Assembly (NCBI GenBank): GCA_964483785.1
Contig: CAZACW010000004.1
Location: 6,794-70,793 of the forward strand
Source of the DNA: an uncultured Planctomycetales bacterium
GTDB taxonomy: Bacteria > Omnitrophota > Gorgyraeia > Zapsychrales > Fredricksoniimonadaceae
DNA: 64,000 nucleotides
Direction: 5' to 3'
Below are positions 8,695-17,397 of this stretch, piece by piece. A model generated the notes under the pieces. That model saw only the letters and a program-made list of their open reading frames with translations, was not told the DNA's origin and searched no databases. The position numbers and the translations under genes are program-made. The stretch's first letter is position 1. Each line of letters begins with the position of its first letter.

Positions 8695-9618
8695 TTACAT
8701 CTCGCCAAAAATATACCCCATCTCTTCCAGGGCGGAATGGTCCTCCCTCCAGCGGGAAGCGATTTTGACAAACAGCTCCAGAAAAACTTTTTGCCCCACC
8801 AGCGCTTCCAGGTCCTTGCGCGCCTCGGTCCCCACCTGCTTCAACACGGCCCCGGCCTTGCCGATGACGATTTCCTTTTGCGAATCGCGCTCGACTAAAA
8901 TCGTCGAACGGATATGCAGGACCTTGCCGCGTTTAGGCTTGACGCTGTCAATCAGGACCGCAATGGAATGCGGCACTTCCTGGCGCATCAATTTGAAAAG
9001 TTTTTCGCGGATCAAGTCCGCCATGGCCATGCGCCTGGGAAAATCCGTGATCACATCCTCGGGATACAAAAAAGGCCCGGAAGGCATCAGCCCAAACAAA
9101 AGGTCGAGCAATTTCGGGACATGCGTCCCTTGAAGGGCCGAGATGGGCAATAAAGTCAAGTCATCCATGTCCGTGATGGGTTTGCCGCGGACCTCTTCCC
9201 AAAGCCGGATATACTCCGGGACAAATTTGCCCTTGGTGATGTCGATTTTATTCAAGGCGATGATGATGGGCCGGCCGCACCGGTTCAGGCGGCCGATTAC
9301 ATGCTCTTCTTCGGGGCCGGTCTTTTCGCTGGCATCCACCATATGGATCACCGCGTCGACGGAATCGATGCTGCCGATCGAGGCGCGGTTCATGTACTTG
9401 TCGAGCTTGTCGCGGCCGGCGTGCAGGCCGGGCGTGTCGATGAAAACAATCTGGCCGCGCTTCTCGGTGTGGATGGCCTTGATCTGCTGGCGCGTGGTCT
9501 GCGGCACGTCGGAGACGATGGAAATTTTTTCGCCCACAATGGCATTGACCAGGGTCGATTTGCCGACATTCGGCCTGCCGACAATGGCCACCATGCCGCT
9601 TTTAAGTTTTTTTTCCAC
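8695..9618 (-). CDS. era: GTPase Era.
   Basis: The 307-aa product has the GRPNVGKSTL G1 motif, DTPG, NKxD, and a C-terminal KH domain. Confidence 0.9.
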   Translation of the reverse strand: MEKKLKSGMVAIVGRPNVGKSTLVNAIVGEKISIVSDVPQTTRQQIKAIHTEKRGQIVFIDTPGLHAGRDKLDKYMNRASIGSIDSVDAVIHMVDASEKTGPEEEHVIGRLNRCGRPIIIALNKIDITKGKFVPEYIRLWEEVRGKPITDMDDLTLLPISALQGTHVPKLLDLLFGLMPSGPFLYPEDVITDFPRRMAMADLIREKLFKLMRQEVPHSIAVLIDSVKPKRGKVLHIRSTILVERDSQKEIVIGKAGAVLKQVGTEARKDLEALVGQKVFLELFVKIASRWREDHSALEEMGYIFGEM

Positions 9619-9877
9619 GGGGCTTCCGATATTTTATGACCGTGAAAACCACGGCGGTAAACAAGGCCAGATTGACGACATTAAAACAGCGCCAGACCAG
9701 GTCCTTGGAGGTAAACCCGGACGGCGCCATCACCAGGCAGCAGACCCAGACGCCCAGGGCCCAGCTCATCGAAATATCCTCGGAGGAGCGGCGCTGGATG
9801 ATCCTGATGATCAGGGGGATGTTAAACAAGGGCATGATGATGGAAGCTGCAAGCCCCATGTCCTGGATGATGTTCAT
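9602..9877 (-). CDS. SemiSWEET / PQ-loop (MtN3) three-helix transporter protomer.
   Basis: The 91-aa product has 3 predicted TM helices. Its motif NIPLIIRIIQRRSSEDISMSW matches the SemiSWEET PQ-loop consensus (aPQiikvlktrsardiSl), with L in place of Q. Confidence 0.6.
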   Translation of the reverse strand: MNIIQDMGLAASIIMPLFNIPLIIRIIQRRSSEDISMSWALGVWVCCLVMAPSGFTSKDLVWRCFNVVNLALFTAVVFTVIKYRKPRGKKT

Positions 9878-10131
9878 ACGTTTCCTTTGCGGTATTTAAG
9901 CACCGCGGCCAAAACCGCTGTCAGCATGGCCACGTTCATCGTGTTAAAGCCCATGGCCAGGATGTCCCTCGAGACAAAGGCGCTCGGGGCCATGAAGAGT
10001 GACGCGCCCCAAAGTCCAAAGATCCAGGCCAGGGAAATGTCTTGGGAGGAACGCCGGCGGACCATCCGCACGATCAAGGGAATGTCCCATAAGGGCAGGA
10101 CAACCGCCGCCCAAAAGCCGAGGGTTTTCAC
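9874..10131 (-). CDS. SemiSWEET / PQ-loop transporter protomer, paralogous to the adjacent gene.
   Basis: The 85-aa product carries DIPLIVRMVRRRSSQDISLAW and is about 40% identical to the neighbour. It overlaps the neighbour's start by 4 nt. Confidence 0.6.
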   Translation of the reverse strand: MKTLGFWAAVVLPLWDIPLIVRMVRRRSSQDISLAWIFGLWGASLFMAPSAFVSRDILAMGFNTMNVAMLTAVLAAVLKYRKGNV

Positions 10132-10148
10132 GATAGCCTCCTTGGGGT

Positions 10149-11051
10149 CTACACAGCGAAAAATTTGACCAGGGTCTTGAGGCGGCCCTCCACCTCGCGC
10201 ATGGTCAGCGACGCGGTCTGGGCCATGCCGAAGCCCTGCACATTGAAAGAGGCCACGGTGGTGGCATACAGCAGGGCCTTGCGCAGGGTCTTCTCATCCA
10301 GGCGGTTGGTCTTGCTTAAATACCCCATGAGCCCGCCGGCAAAGGTGTCCCCGGCGCCGGTGGGGTCCACGACCTTCTGCACCGGATAGGCGGGAAAAGC
10401 GAACATCACCTGGCTGCTGTAAAACAGGACCCCGTGCTCGCCTTTTTTGATGACGATCATCCGCGGCCCCATGGACCTTAGGGCACGGGCCGCCATGATC
10501 AGGTTTTGTTCCCCGGTCAGGGCCCTGGCTTCCCCGTCGTTGGCCACGAACAAATGCACCATCTTCATCAGGCGCCGCAGGGACTTTTGCTTATGGGTGA
10601 TCCATAAATTCATGCTGTCCAAGCCGATCAGCCGCGGGGAGCGCAGGTGCTTTAACAGCATCACCTGCAGATCGGGATCGAAATTGGCCAGGAAAATATT
10701 GGGCAGATGCCGTTGATGGGACATCAGTTCAGGGACATAGGTCTCCAGGACCCCCAGTTCCGTGGCCAGGGTCAGGGCCGAATTCAAGTCCCCCTGTTTG
10801 TACTCGCCGCGCCAGCGAAAGGTCTTGCCGTTGCTGATCTTCAACGAGGAAAGGTCGATCCCCTTGCGTTTCAAAAAGCCCAAATGCTTGGAGGGAAAGT
10901 CCCTGCCCACCACGGCCACCAGATGCACGTCGGTAAACAGCCGCGCGGACATGGCAAAATGCGCGGCCGAGCCGCCCAGCATGTCCTTTTTAACGCCCGA
11001 GGGCGTCTTCACATGGTCCAAAGCCACCGTGCCTAAAACCACCAGGCTCAT
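10149..11051 (-). CDS. PfkB-family carbohydrate kinase (ribokinase/fructokinase-like).
   Basis: The 300-aa product has the N-terminal GG dipeptide and the C-terminal DPTGAGDTFAGG PfkB signature. Confidence 0.8.
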   Translation of the reverse strand: MSLVVLGTVALDHVKTPSGVKKDMLGGSAAHFAMSARLFTDVHLVAVVGRDFPSKHLGFLKRKGIDLSSLKISNGKTFRWRGEYKQGDLNSALTLATELGVLETYVPELMSHQRHLPNIFLANFDPDLQVMLLKHLRSPRLIGLDSMNLWITHKQKSLRRLMKMVHLFVANDGEARALTGEQNLIMAARALRSMGPRMIVIKKGEHGVLFYSSQVMFAFPAYPVQKVVDPTGAGDTFAGGLMGYLSKTNRLDEKTLRKALLYATTVASFNVQGFGMAQTASLTMREVEGRLKTLVKFFAV

Positions 11052-11052
11052 A

Positions 11053-11472
11053 TCATGCTCCTATGATTTTGATCAATACGCGTTTGTCCCTGCGTCCGTC
11101 GAATTCCCCGTAAAAAATCTGTTCCCAGGGCCCGAAATCCAGGCGCCCCTGCGTGATGGCGACCGTGACTTCGCGGCCCATCACCTGGCGCTTCAGGTGC
11201 GCGTCCGCGTTGTCCTCGCCGGTGGCATTGTGCCGGTACTGCCCGACGGGCGCGTGCGGCGCCAGTTTCTCCAGCCAGGCATCGTAATCCTCTAAGAGCC
11301 CGCTCTCGTCGTCATTGATATAGACGCTGGCGGAAATGTGCATGGCATTGACCAGGCACAATCCCTCCTTAATGCCGCTTTCATCCACCGCCTTTTGCAC
11401 CTGGTCCGTGATATTGATGTACGCCCGGCGGGTCTTGGTATGAAACATCAACTCTCGGCGGAAAGCTTTCAC
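11053..11472 (-). CDS. yjbQ: YjbQ/UPF0047 family protein (secondary thiamine-phosphate synthase-like).
   Basis: The 139-aa product is YjbQ-like along its full length (e.g. ...[15 protein letters not shown]...HLKRQVMG...). Confidence 0.75.
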   Translation of the reverse strand: MKAFRRELMFHTKTRRAYINITDQVQKAVDESGIKEGLCLVNAMHISASVYINDDESGLLEDYDAWLEKLAPHAPVGQYRHNATGEDNADAHLKRQVMGREVTVAITQGRLDFGPWEQIFYGEFDGRRDKRVLIKIIGA

Positions 11473-11867
11473 TTTTTTTTCTTTTCCAGCTGCCTGAGGT
11501 ACTGCTGAAACTGCGTGTCTTTCAAAAGATTGTCCAGGTCCGCATCGCCCTTCAAATACTCAAAATCATCATACCCGTAGTCGATGGCGCGGGTCAGGGC
11601 GCCCAGGGCCGCGCGGGTCTGGTTTAAAAGCGCGTAGGAGCAGGCCAGATTGTAATGCACGATGGCATCCTCGGGCCTGAGTTTGGCCAATTTCAAATCC
11701 ACTTCCAGGCCCTTCTGCCACAGCCCGGCCCTGGTGTACAGATCGCCGATGGCGCTTAAGGCCTCGATGAACTGCGGGGCGTTTTTCAGGATATTCTCGT
11801 AAAAAACGATCTCAAAATCAATGTCTTCCTTCTTGCGGGACAATTTAGGCGCGTGGTCCTTGCGCAT
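11469..11867 (-). CDS. Tetratricopeptide-repeat protein.
   Basis: The 132-aa product has TPR-like Ala/Tyr/Leu periodicity ([24 protein letters not shown]...). Confidence 0.6.
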   Translation of the reverse strand: MRKDHAPKLSRKKEDIDFEIVFYENILKNAPQFIEALSAIGDLYTRAGLWQKGLEVDLKLAKLRPEDAIVHYNLACSYALLNQTRAALGALTRAIDYGYDDFEYLKGDADLDNLLKDTQFQQYLRQLEKKKK

Positions 11868-11890
11868 AGGGGTCCTTTCGTCAAAGCGGC

Positions 11891-13042
11891 CTATTTCTTC
11901 TTTAAATAGCTGCCGATGCGCGCGACGGCCTCGACGAGATTGTCGTAGCTCGAGGCATAGGAAATCCGCACGTAATCGGCGCAGCCGGCTCCGAAGGCAT
12001 TGCCCGGCACCAGGGCCACTTTTTGCTTGAGCAGTAAATTCTTGGCAAAATCCATGGAGCTCTCGCCCGTGGACTTCACCGAGGGAAACGCGTAAAAAGC
12101 GCCCTGCGGCATATGGCAGGCAAGCCCTAGTTCGTTTAAGGCGCCGACGATGAAGCGCCGGCGGCGGTCATACTCTTTTTTCATGGCCTGCACGTCGGAG
12201 GCGGCATTTTTCAAGGCCTCGATGGCGGCCATCTGGCCCGTGATCGGCGCGCAAAGCAGGGTGTACTGGTGGATCTTGGTCATGGCGCCCACGATGTCCG
12301 CGGGGCCGCAGGCATAGCCGACCCGGAATCCCGTCATGGCGTAGCTTTTCGAAAGTCCATTGAGATAGATGACGCGGTTGCGCATCTGCGGCACGTTAAA
12401 AAACGGCGTGTGCTCGAAATCATAGCTTAACTCGTCATAAAGCTCGTCGCTGATGACCAAAAGGTCATGCTTTTTGATGACGCGGCCCAATTCCTCCAGT
12501 TCTTGCCGGGTGTAGGAGGTGCCGGTGGGGTTGCAGGGATAGCCCAAGAGAAGGCCGCGCACGCCGCGGCTGATCGAGGCTTCGATCTGCTTGGGCGTCA
12601 CCTTAAAGCCCGTCTCGATCTTAGTCTCCAAAAAAACCGGCTCGCCGCCGGCCAAGGCCACCACCGGGCCGTAGGCCACATAATAAGGCTCAGGCACGAG
12701 GATCTTCTCGCCGGGATTGAGGATGGCCCGCATGGCCAAATCCAGGCCTTCGCTGACGCCGGCCGTGATCAGGACCTCTTCTTGCGGGTCATAAACGGCC
12801 TGATAGCGTTTTTTAAGGAAGGCGGTGATTTCCCGCCGCAATTCGATCATGCCCTTGTTGGAGGTGTAGGAGGTGTAGCCCTGCTCGAGGGACTCGATGG
12901 CCTTGGCGCGCACGTGCCAGGGGGTCACGAAGTCCGGCTCCCCCACGCCGAGGGAGATCACGTCCTTCATGCCCAGCACTAAATCAAAAAAGGCCCGGAT
13001 GCCTGAAGGGGCCAGTTCATCAACACGTCTGGAAATTCTCAT
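11891..13042 (-). CDS. PLP-dependent aminotransferase, class I/II (aspartate/aromatic aminotransferase-like).
   Basis: The 383-aa product has the SKSYAMTGFRVGYA PLP-lysine motif and the fold-type I layout. Confidence 0.8.
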   Translation of the reverse strand: MRISRRVDELAPSGIRAFFDLVLGMKDVISLGVGEPDFVTPWHVRAKAIESLEQGYTSYTSNKGMIELRREITAFLKKRYQAVYDPQEEVLITAGVSEGLDLAMRAILNPGEKILVPEPYYVAYGPVVALAGGEPVFLETKIETGFKVTPKQIEASISRGVRGLLLGYPCNPTGTSYTRQELEELGRVIKKHDLLVISDELYDELSYDFEHTPFFNVPQMRNRVIYLNGLSKSYAMTGFRVGYACGPADIVGAMTKIHQYTLLCAPITGQMAAIEALKNAASDVQAMKKEYDRRRRFIVGALNELGLACHMPQGAFYAFPSVKSTGESSMDFAKNLLLKQKVALVPGNAFGAGCADYVRISYASSYDNLVEAVARIGSYLKKK

Positions 13043-13045
13043 AGT

Positions 13046-13381
13046 TCAGTATGAAATGTTCTGCCGGCGTTCATGTTTGGCATGCTTGAACACCTGGCCT
13101 TCTTCCTTATATTTGCGCAAAAGAAAATGGGTGGCGGTCTGGCGCACGTTGGCCATGGACGAGAGCTTCGCGGCCACAAAATCCGCCACGGTCTGGATGC
13201 TTTCACCCTCGACGATGACCAGCAAGTCATAGCCGCCGGAGAGAAGATAACAGCTTTTCACCTCGGGAAAGGCGTAGATCCGCTCGGCGACGCTGTCAAA
13301 GCCTAGGTCTTTCTGCGGCGTGATCGAGACCTCGATCAGGGCGCGCACGGCCGGCGGGGCCTTGGTTTTCACTTTAGACAT
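13046..13381 (-). CDS. Stand-alone Lrp/AsnC ligand-binding (RAM) domain protein with no HTH.
   Basis: The ~110-aa product aligns to the C-terminal RAM domain of Lrp/AsnC regulators (...SCYLLSGGYDLLVIVEGESIQTVADFV...). It sits immediately downstream of the aminotransferase. Confidence 0.55.
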   Translation of the reverse strand: MSKVKTKAPPAVRALIEVSITPQKDLGFDSVAERIYAFPEVKSCYLLSGGYDLLVIVEGESIQTVADFVAAKLSSMANVRQTATHFLLRKYKEEGQVFKHAKHERRQNISY

Positions 13382-13391
13382 ACGGACTCCT

Positions 13392-14279
13392 TTATAGCGC
13401 GTCTTTCACTTGGACAAAATCCGCGCGGCGCTCCAATTTGGCGATCTGGTCCCTCAGGACGTCAATGTCTTCCTTCAGGCCCTTGATCTGGGAGCGCATC
13501 TGATTGTTGCGGGCATCGATGAGCACCATCCTGTGCACCAAGGTCTTTTTCATCAAGGGCCAGGAAAGGCCCATCAGGGAACTGTCCCTCAAATCTTCCA
13601 GGCGCAGGACATTGGCATAGATCTCCCGCTTAAGCTCTTGTTTGTGCGCGTTTAAATCTTTGAGGGTCGGCGCGCTGTACGTCCCCCCTTTTTTCAGGGC
13701 CGCAAGAATATTTTCCAAAAGCACCTCCTGCGTGCTTTCATCCTCGAGCTGCTGGCGCAGCTGGCCCAGCTGGGGATCAGGGTCATCGCCCCTTTGCCCA
13801 GGCAGGGCATCAATCTGTTCTTTCTGATTAAGCCGGACAAGTTCCCGTCCGCGGACCGCATACTTTATGGCCTGGACCTTGTGCTCACTCTCTGACCGTC
13901 TTCGTCTTAAATCCCGCAGCTGCAGCGCGTAGTCCTTGAGACGCTGGTTCTTGGCCCTGATGCTTTCGTTAAGCTCGATGATACGCAGGTCCTGGTCTGT
14001 CTGGCCGTGGCGTTCCTGCAAAATGGCTGCGCTCTGCGCATTTTTGTCCCTTTGCTGGTCAATGGCCTGCCTTAATTCATCGGCCTTTTCCACCAATTGC
14101 TGGTATTCGTCTTTAAGGCCGTCATTTTCAACGCCCAGTGACTGGGCCTTGGCCTTGATCACGTCCAGGGTCAATTGCCATTGCTCGGGCATGGACGAAG
14201 GTCCGGCCGACAGCTGGGCCCTGGCCTCGCCCAAGAGGCAAATGAGAGGCAAAAGCAAAACAAAGACATAAAAACGCAT
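13392..14279 (-). CDS. Secreted coiled-coil protein (hypothetical).
   Basis: The product has an N-terminal signal peptide (MRFYVFVLLLPLICLLGEARAQ) followed by long heptad-rich, charge-rich segments. No catalytic domain is evident. Confidence 0.55.
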   Translation of the reverse strand: MRFYVFVLLLPLICLLGEARAQLSAGPSSMPEQWQLTLDVIKAKAQSLGVENDGLKDEYQQLVEKADELRQAIDQQRDKNAQSAAILQERHGQTDQDLRIIELNESIRAKNQRLKDYALQLRDLRRRRSESEHKVQAIKYAVRGRELVRLNQKEQIDALPGQRGDDPDPQLGQLRQQLEDESTQEVLLENILAALKKGGTYSAPTLKDLNAHKQELKREIYANVLRLEDLRDSSLMGLSWPLMKKTLVHRMVLIDARNNQMRSQIKGLKEDIDVLRDQIAKLERRADFVQVKDAL

Positions 14280-14344
14280 GGCTTCATTATACCCGGTTAT
14301 GCCCGATGGGGCAAGGACGGGAACATAAAAGTTATGGATAGGGA

Positions 14345-14394
14345 ATGTTTAACAGACCGTCGGATACCATCACAACCCCGGGGGTTGTGATGGT
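14345..14394. repeat. REP-like palindromic element (single unit) with a conserved 5' flank aacagaccgtcgg.
   Basis: The sequence accatcacaaccccgggggttgtgatggt (14366-14394) is preceded by tgtttaacagaccgtcgg. The same flank precedes the units at 22530 and 29283. Confidence 0.8.
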
Positions 14395-15023
14395 ATGGGC
14401 TTGATGAAAACAAAGCCCTGAACGCGTCCGGTGGCGGGATCTGCGAGGCGGGAACTCATTTTATCGGCATCTGTGTCAGACAACTGGTCCTCAAAGGCAA
14501 CGATCAATTTGCGGCTGGGCTGGGAGCGGTTATGCACCTTGGCCACCGGCTCCTGGCCCAAAAAACAGCCCTTCGTATAGGACGTATAATCATGCTCGTG
14601 CACATTGAGGATAAACTCATCCGCCTGATAGTCGATGCCCATCAAGGGCATCCTATGCTCCAGGCGAAACCGCGTAAATTCCTCTTCACGGACGCTGTCG
14701 GGAAAATTTTCCGAAGACCAGATGATTTGCGCCGTGTCCAAATCAATCCAACAGCCCTGCGGGTCCGGCGTGATGGTCACATGCGCCAATTTTGCGTAGC
14801 GCTGTAAATGTTGAAGAAGTTGTCCGGCCGCGGCATTTGGAACGCTGATCAAGAATTCCTCGTCGCTGATCTTCTTCTGGCGAAAGGTGGCGATGATGCG
14901 CCCGTGCTGGTTTAAAAAAGCATTGAGCGGGGCATCCAGGACATTCGAAGATATCCCATTTAAGAAGGCTTCTACCTTGCCTTTGACGCTTAAAACAGTT
15001 TCCGGTAATTTATACAGGCGCAT
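14370..15023 (-). CDS. YgfZ/GcvT-like folate-binding protein.
   Basis: The product has an aminomethyltransferase-like fold with a C-terminal KGCFLGQEPVAKVHNRSQPSRKL motif as in YgfZ. The start is moved to ATG 15023 (MRLYKLPE...) to avoid overlapping the upstream CCA gene. The C-terminal codons run into the REP palindrome. Confidence 0.6.
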   Translation of the reverse strand: MRLYKLPETVLSVKGKVEAFLNGISSNVLDAPLNAFLNQHGRIIATFRQKKISDEEFLISVPNAAAGQLLQHLQRYAKLAHVTITPDPQGCWIDLDTAQIIWSSENFPDSVREEEFTRFRLEHRMPLMGIDYQADEFILNVHEHDYTSYTKGCFLGQEPVAKVHNRSQPSRKLIVAFEDQLSDTDADKMSSRLADPATGRVQGFVFIKPIPSQPPGL

Positions 15024-15054
15024 GAGTATGACGCGCCGCCCGACGTATCCTAAA

Positions 15055-16485
15055 TTAATTCGGGTCAGGCCGGGCGGCCGCGCATTTTTGGGCCAAGTCA
15101 AGGGCCTCTTGCTTTGTTTTAATTTTCCCCAAGGCTGCTTCTTCCTCAATCTTGGCCAGGATCATGCCAAAAACCGGCGAGGGCTTGAGTTTCAAGACCT
15201 TGATCAGATCATGTCCGGTCAGAAGCCGCTCCTTGGGCTTGTGTTCCTGCTTGACAAAAAACCGGTCGATGAGCATGCGGCAGGTCTTGGCATGATGAAG
15301 GGCCTTGCCCTTGGTGGTCAATCGTCCCCGGGTCGCGGCCTGGTCCGCCATGGCCAAGATCGCCAGGGACGCGGCCTCTTGTCCGGCATCGCGCATAAAC
15401 CTGAATACGGCCTTTGCGCTGGGGCGCTTGAAATTCGACAGATACCCCGGCCTCAGATGCAGGCGCACCGCGTTCTCTAAAAAGTAGCGTTCCTTGACGG
15501 AGAGCTTCAGCTGCTTGGCAGCCTGGCGCGTGATCTTTTCGCCGGCATACTCGTGGCCGTGAAAGGTCATGCGGCCGGCGGCTTGACGCTTTGTCTCGGG
15601 TTTGCCGATATCATGCAGAAGGGCCGCCATTTTTAACAGGGCGGCGCGCGTATGATGGCCGCCGATGATTTCCTGCAGATAGGATTGGACCTTCTCGTCG
15701 CTGGCCATCTTTTCCATGATCTTTTCCAGCTGCCTGAGGACCTCCAGGGAATGCCGCCAAACATCCAAATGATGATAGCCGCCCTGATAGACGCCGTACA
15801 TCACCGTGATCTGCGGCAGAACCTGCGGCAAAAGCCCCGCCTTGTCCATGGATTCAAAACTTTCGGCGGCCCTGGGCGATGTGAGGACCTTAAACAATTC
15901 CTCCCGTATTCTTTCCGCGGCCGCCTGGCTGATTAAATGCGCGTCCTTCTTGATTTGGGCCAAGGTGCGCGCATCCATTCTAAATCCAAGGGCAGCTTGC
16001 AGGGCAAAGGCGCGCAGTAATCTTAACGGATCATCCTTAAAAACCCGGGGAGAAACCATGCGCACCACCCCGGCTTTAAGATCGCGGCGGGCCCCCTTGG
16101 CTTCCAGCACCTTGTCCGGCTGAGGCCCGTGTTCAACGAAGTCCCAAGCCAGGGCATTGACGGTAAAATCGCGGGAATCCAGGTCTTTTTGGATGCTGAC
16201 AGCCCGCCAATCGGCAAAATCGAAAGTGAAGATCTGCCCGCCGATGGTCTTGACGACACGCGCGCAGCCGCGCTCCTTGTCCAGAAGCACAAACGAGCCC
16301 TTGATCCGGCGGGCCAGCCGGCGGCCGAGGGCAATGCTGCCTTTTTCCACGGCAAAGTCAAAATCCACGCCGCGCCGGCCGAGAAAATAATCGCGCAGGG
16401 CGCCGCCCACCAGATAAATCCGCGGCTTGCTATGTTGAAGGGCCTCCAAAATAAGGGCCAAGGATGGATAATAGGTCAGCAGCAT
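15055..16485 (-). CDS. cca: CCA tRNA nucleotidyltransferase / poly(A) polymerase family protein with an HD domain.
   Basis: The product has a GG...RDxD nucleotidyltransferase head (LVGGALRDYFLGRRGVDFDFAV) and an HD domain (HDIGKP). The start is set at ATG 16485 (MLLTYYPS...) to abut the upstream gene. Confidence 0.8.
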   Translation of the reverse strand: MLLTYYPSLALILEALQHSKPRIYLVGGALRDYFLGRRGVDFDFAVEKGSIALGRRLARRIKGSFVLLDKERGCARVVKTIGGQIFTFDFADWRAVSIQKDLDSRDFTVNALAWDFVEHGPQPDKVLEAKGARRDLKAGVVRMVSPRVFKDDPLRLLRAFALQAALGFRMDARTLAQIKKDAHLISQAAAERIREELFKVLTSPRAAESFESMDKAGLLPQVLPQITVMYGVYQGGYHHLDVWRHSLEVLRQLEKIMEKMASDEKVQSYLQEIIGGHHTRAALLKMAALLHDIGKPETKRQAAGRMTFHGHEYAGEKITRQAAKQLKLSVKERYFLENAVRLHLRPGYLSNFKRPSAKAVFRFMRDAGQEAASLAILAMADQAATRGRLTTKGKALHHAKTCRMLIDRFFVKQEHKPKERLLTGHDLIKVLKLKPSPVFGMILAKIEEEAALGKIKTKQEALDLAQKCAAARPDPN

Positions 16486-16486
16486 C

Positions 16487-16891
16487 TTAGGCAGGGGGCA
16501 TGGAAGATTTCTGCAGGATCTCTTCCATGACAAAGATCGGGGCTTTGCAGCGCACCGCCAGGGCCACACTGTCCGACGGACGGGCATCGACGCTCTTGGT
16601 CTGGCCTTCCTTGGTCTTGATGTCCAGCTTCGCGTGAAAGGTGTTGTTGATAAGCTTGTCGATGACCACGCGCTGAAGCTCGGCACCCAGGCCCCTCATC
16701 ACGCTGATCAAAAGATCATGCGTCATCGGCCGCGGCACGTCCACCCCGGAGATCTTGATCTTGATGCTGGAGGCCTCGAGGAAACCGATGACAATGGGGA
16801 TCTGGCGCTCCCCGTCCTTTTCCTTGAGCACAATCACCTGGTCCTGGCGCTTTTCATCGATGATGATGCGGGAGAGTTCGACTTGGATCAT
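16487..16891 (-). CDS. Bifunctional nuclease family protein (DUF151/BFN domain).
   Basis: The 134-aa product resembles DUF151 along its full length (...IPIVIGFLEASSIKIKISGVDVPRPMTHDLL...). Confidence 0.7.
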   Translation of the reverse strand: MIQVELSRIIIDEKRQDQVIVLKEKDGERQIPIVIGFLEASSIKIKISGVDVPRPMTHDLLISVMRGLGAELQRVVIDKLINNTFHAKLDIKTKEGQTKSVDARPSDSVALAVRCKAPIFVMEEILQKSSMPPA

Positions 16892-17394
16892 AAGCGTTTT
16901 TTGGTTTTGGGCCTTTTCTGTTTTTTTAATTTTTTAAGTTTGTTCTTGGTCAAAATGTTCTGCAAGGCGCTCATGAACTGGTTGACGTCGCGAAACTGCC
17001 GGTACACCGAGGCAAAGCGCACATAGGCCACCTCATCCAGGACGGAGAGGCGCGTCATGATCATCTCGCCGATGTCCTTGGACGAGATTTCGCGGTCGTA
17101 TTTGCGGCGGATGGCATGCTCCACATCATCCACCATGTCCTCGATCTGCTCGACGCTGACCGGCCTTTTCTCGCAGGCCTTGATCAGCCCCCCCAGCACC
17201 CGGGTGCGGTCAAAGGGCTGGCGGCGTCCGTCGCGCTTGATGACCATCAGGGGCACTTCTTCGATGTACTCGTAAGTGGTGAAGCGCTCCTCGCACTTGG
17301 CGCACTGCCGCCGGCGGCGGATGGACGTCCCGTCGCTGTTAAGCCTTGAATCCGTCACGTTGGTCCCTTTGTAACTGCAGGCGGGGCAGCGCAT
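16888..17394 (-). CDS. nrdR: Transcriptional repressor NrdR.
   Basis: The product begins MRCPACSYKGTNVTDSR with a zinc ribbon and continues with an ATP-cone. A Lys-rich C-terminal tail follows. Confidence 0.9.
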   Translation of the reverse strand: MRCPACSYKGTNVTDSRLNSDGTSIRRRRQCAKCEERFTTYEYIEEVPLMVIKRDGRRQPFDRTRVLGGLIKACEKRPVSVEQIEDMVDDVEHAIRRKYDREISSKDIGEMIMTRLSVLDEVAYVRFASVYRQFRDVNQFMSALQNILTKNKLKKLKKQKRPKTKKRL

Positions 17395-17397
17395 AGG

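Noticed and set aside
9143-10168. 341-aa plus-strand ORF antisense to era and the SemiSWEET genes.
   Set aside because: It overlaps three supported minus-strand genes and is Ser/Arg/Pro-rich with no domain signal.
15024-15149. Tracked 42-aa N-terminal extension of the YgfZ-like gene (MRKKQPWGK...).
   Set aside because: It overlaps the 3' end of the CCA gene on the same strand. The downstream ATG at 15023 gives a typical YgfZ N-terminus without overlap.
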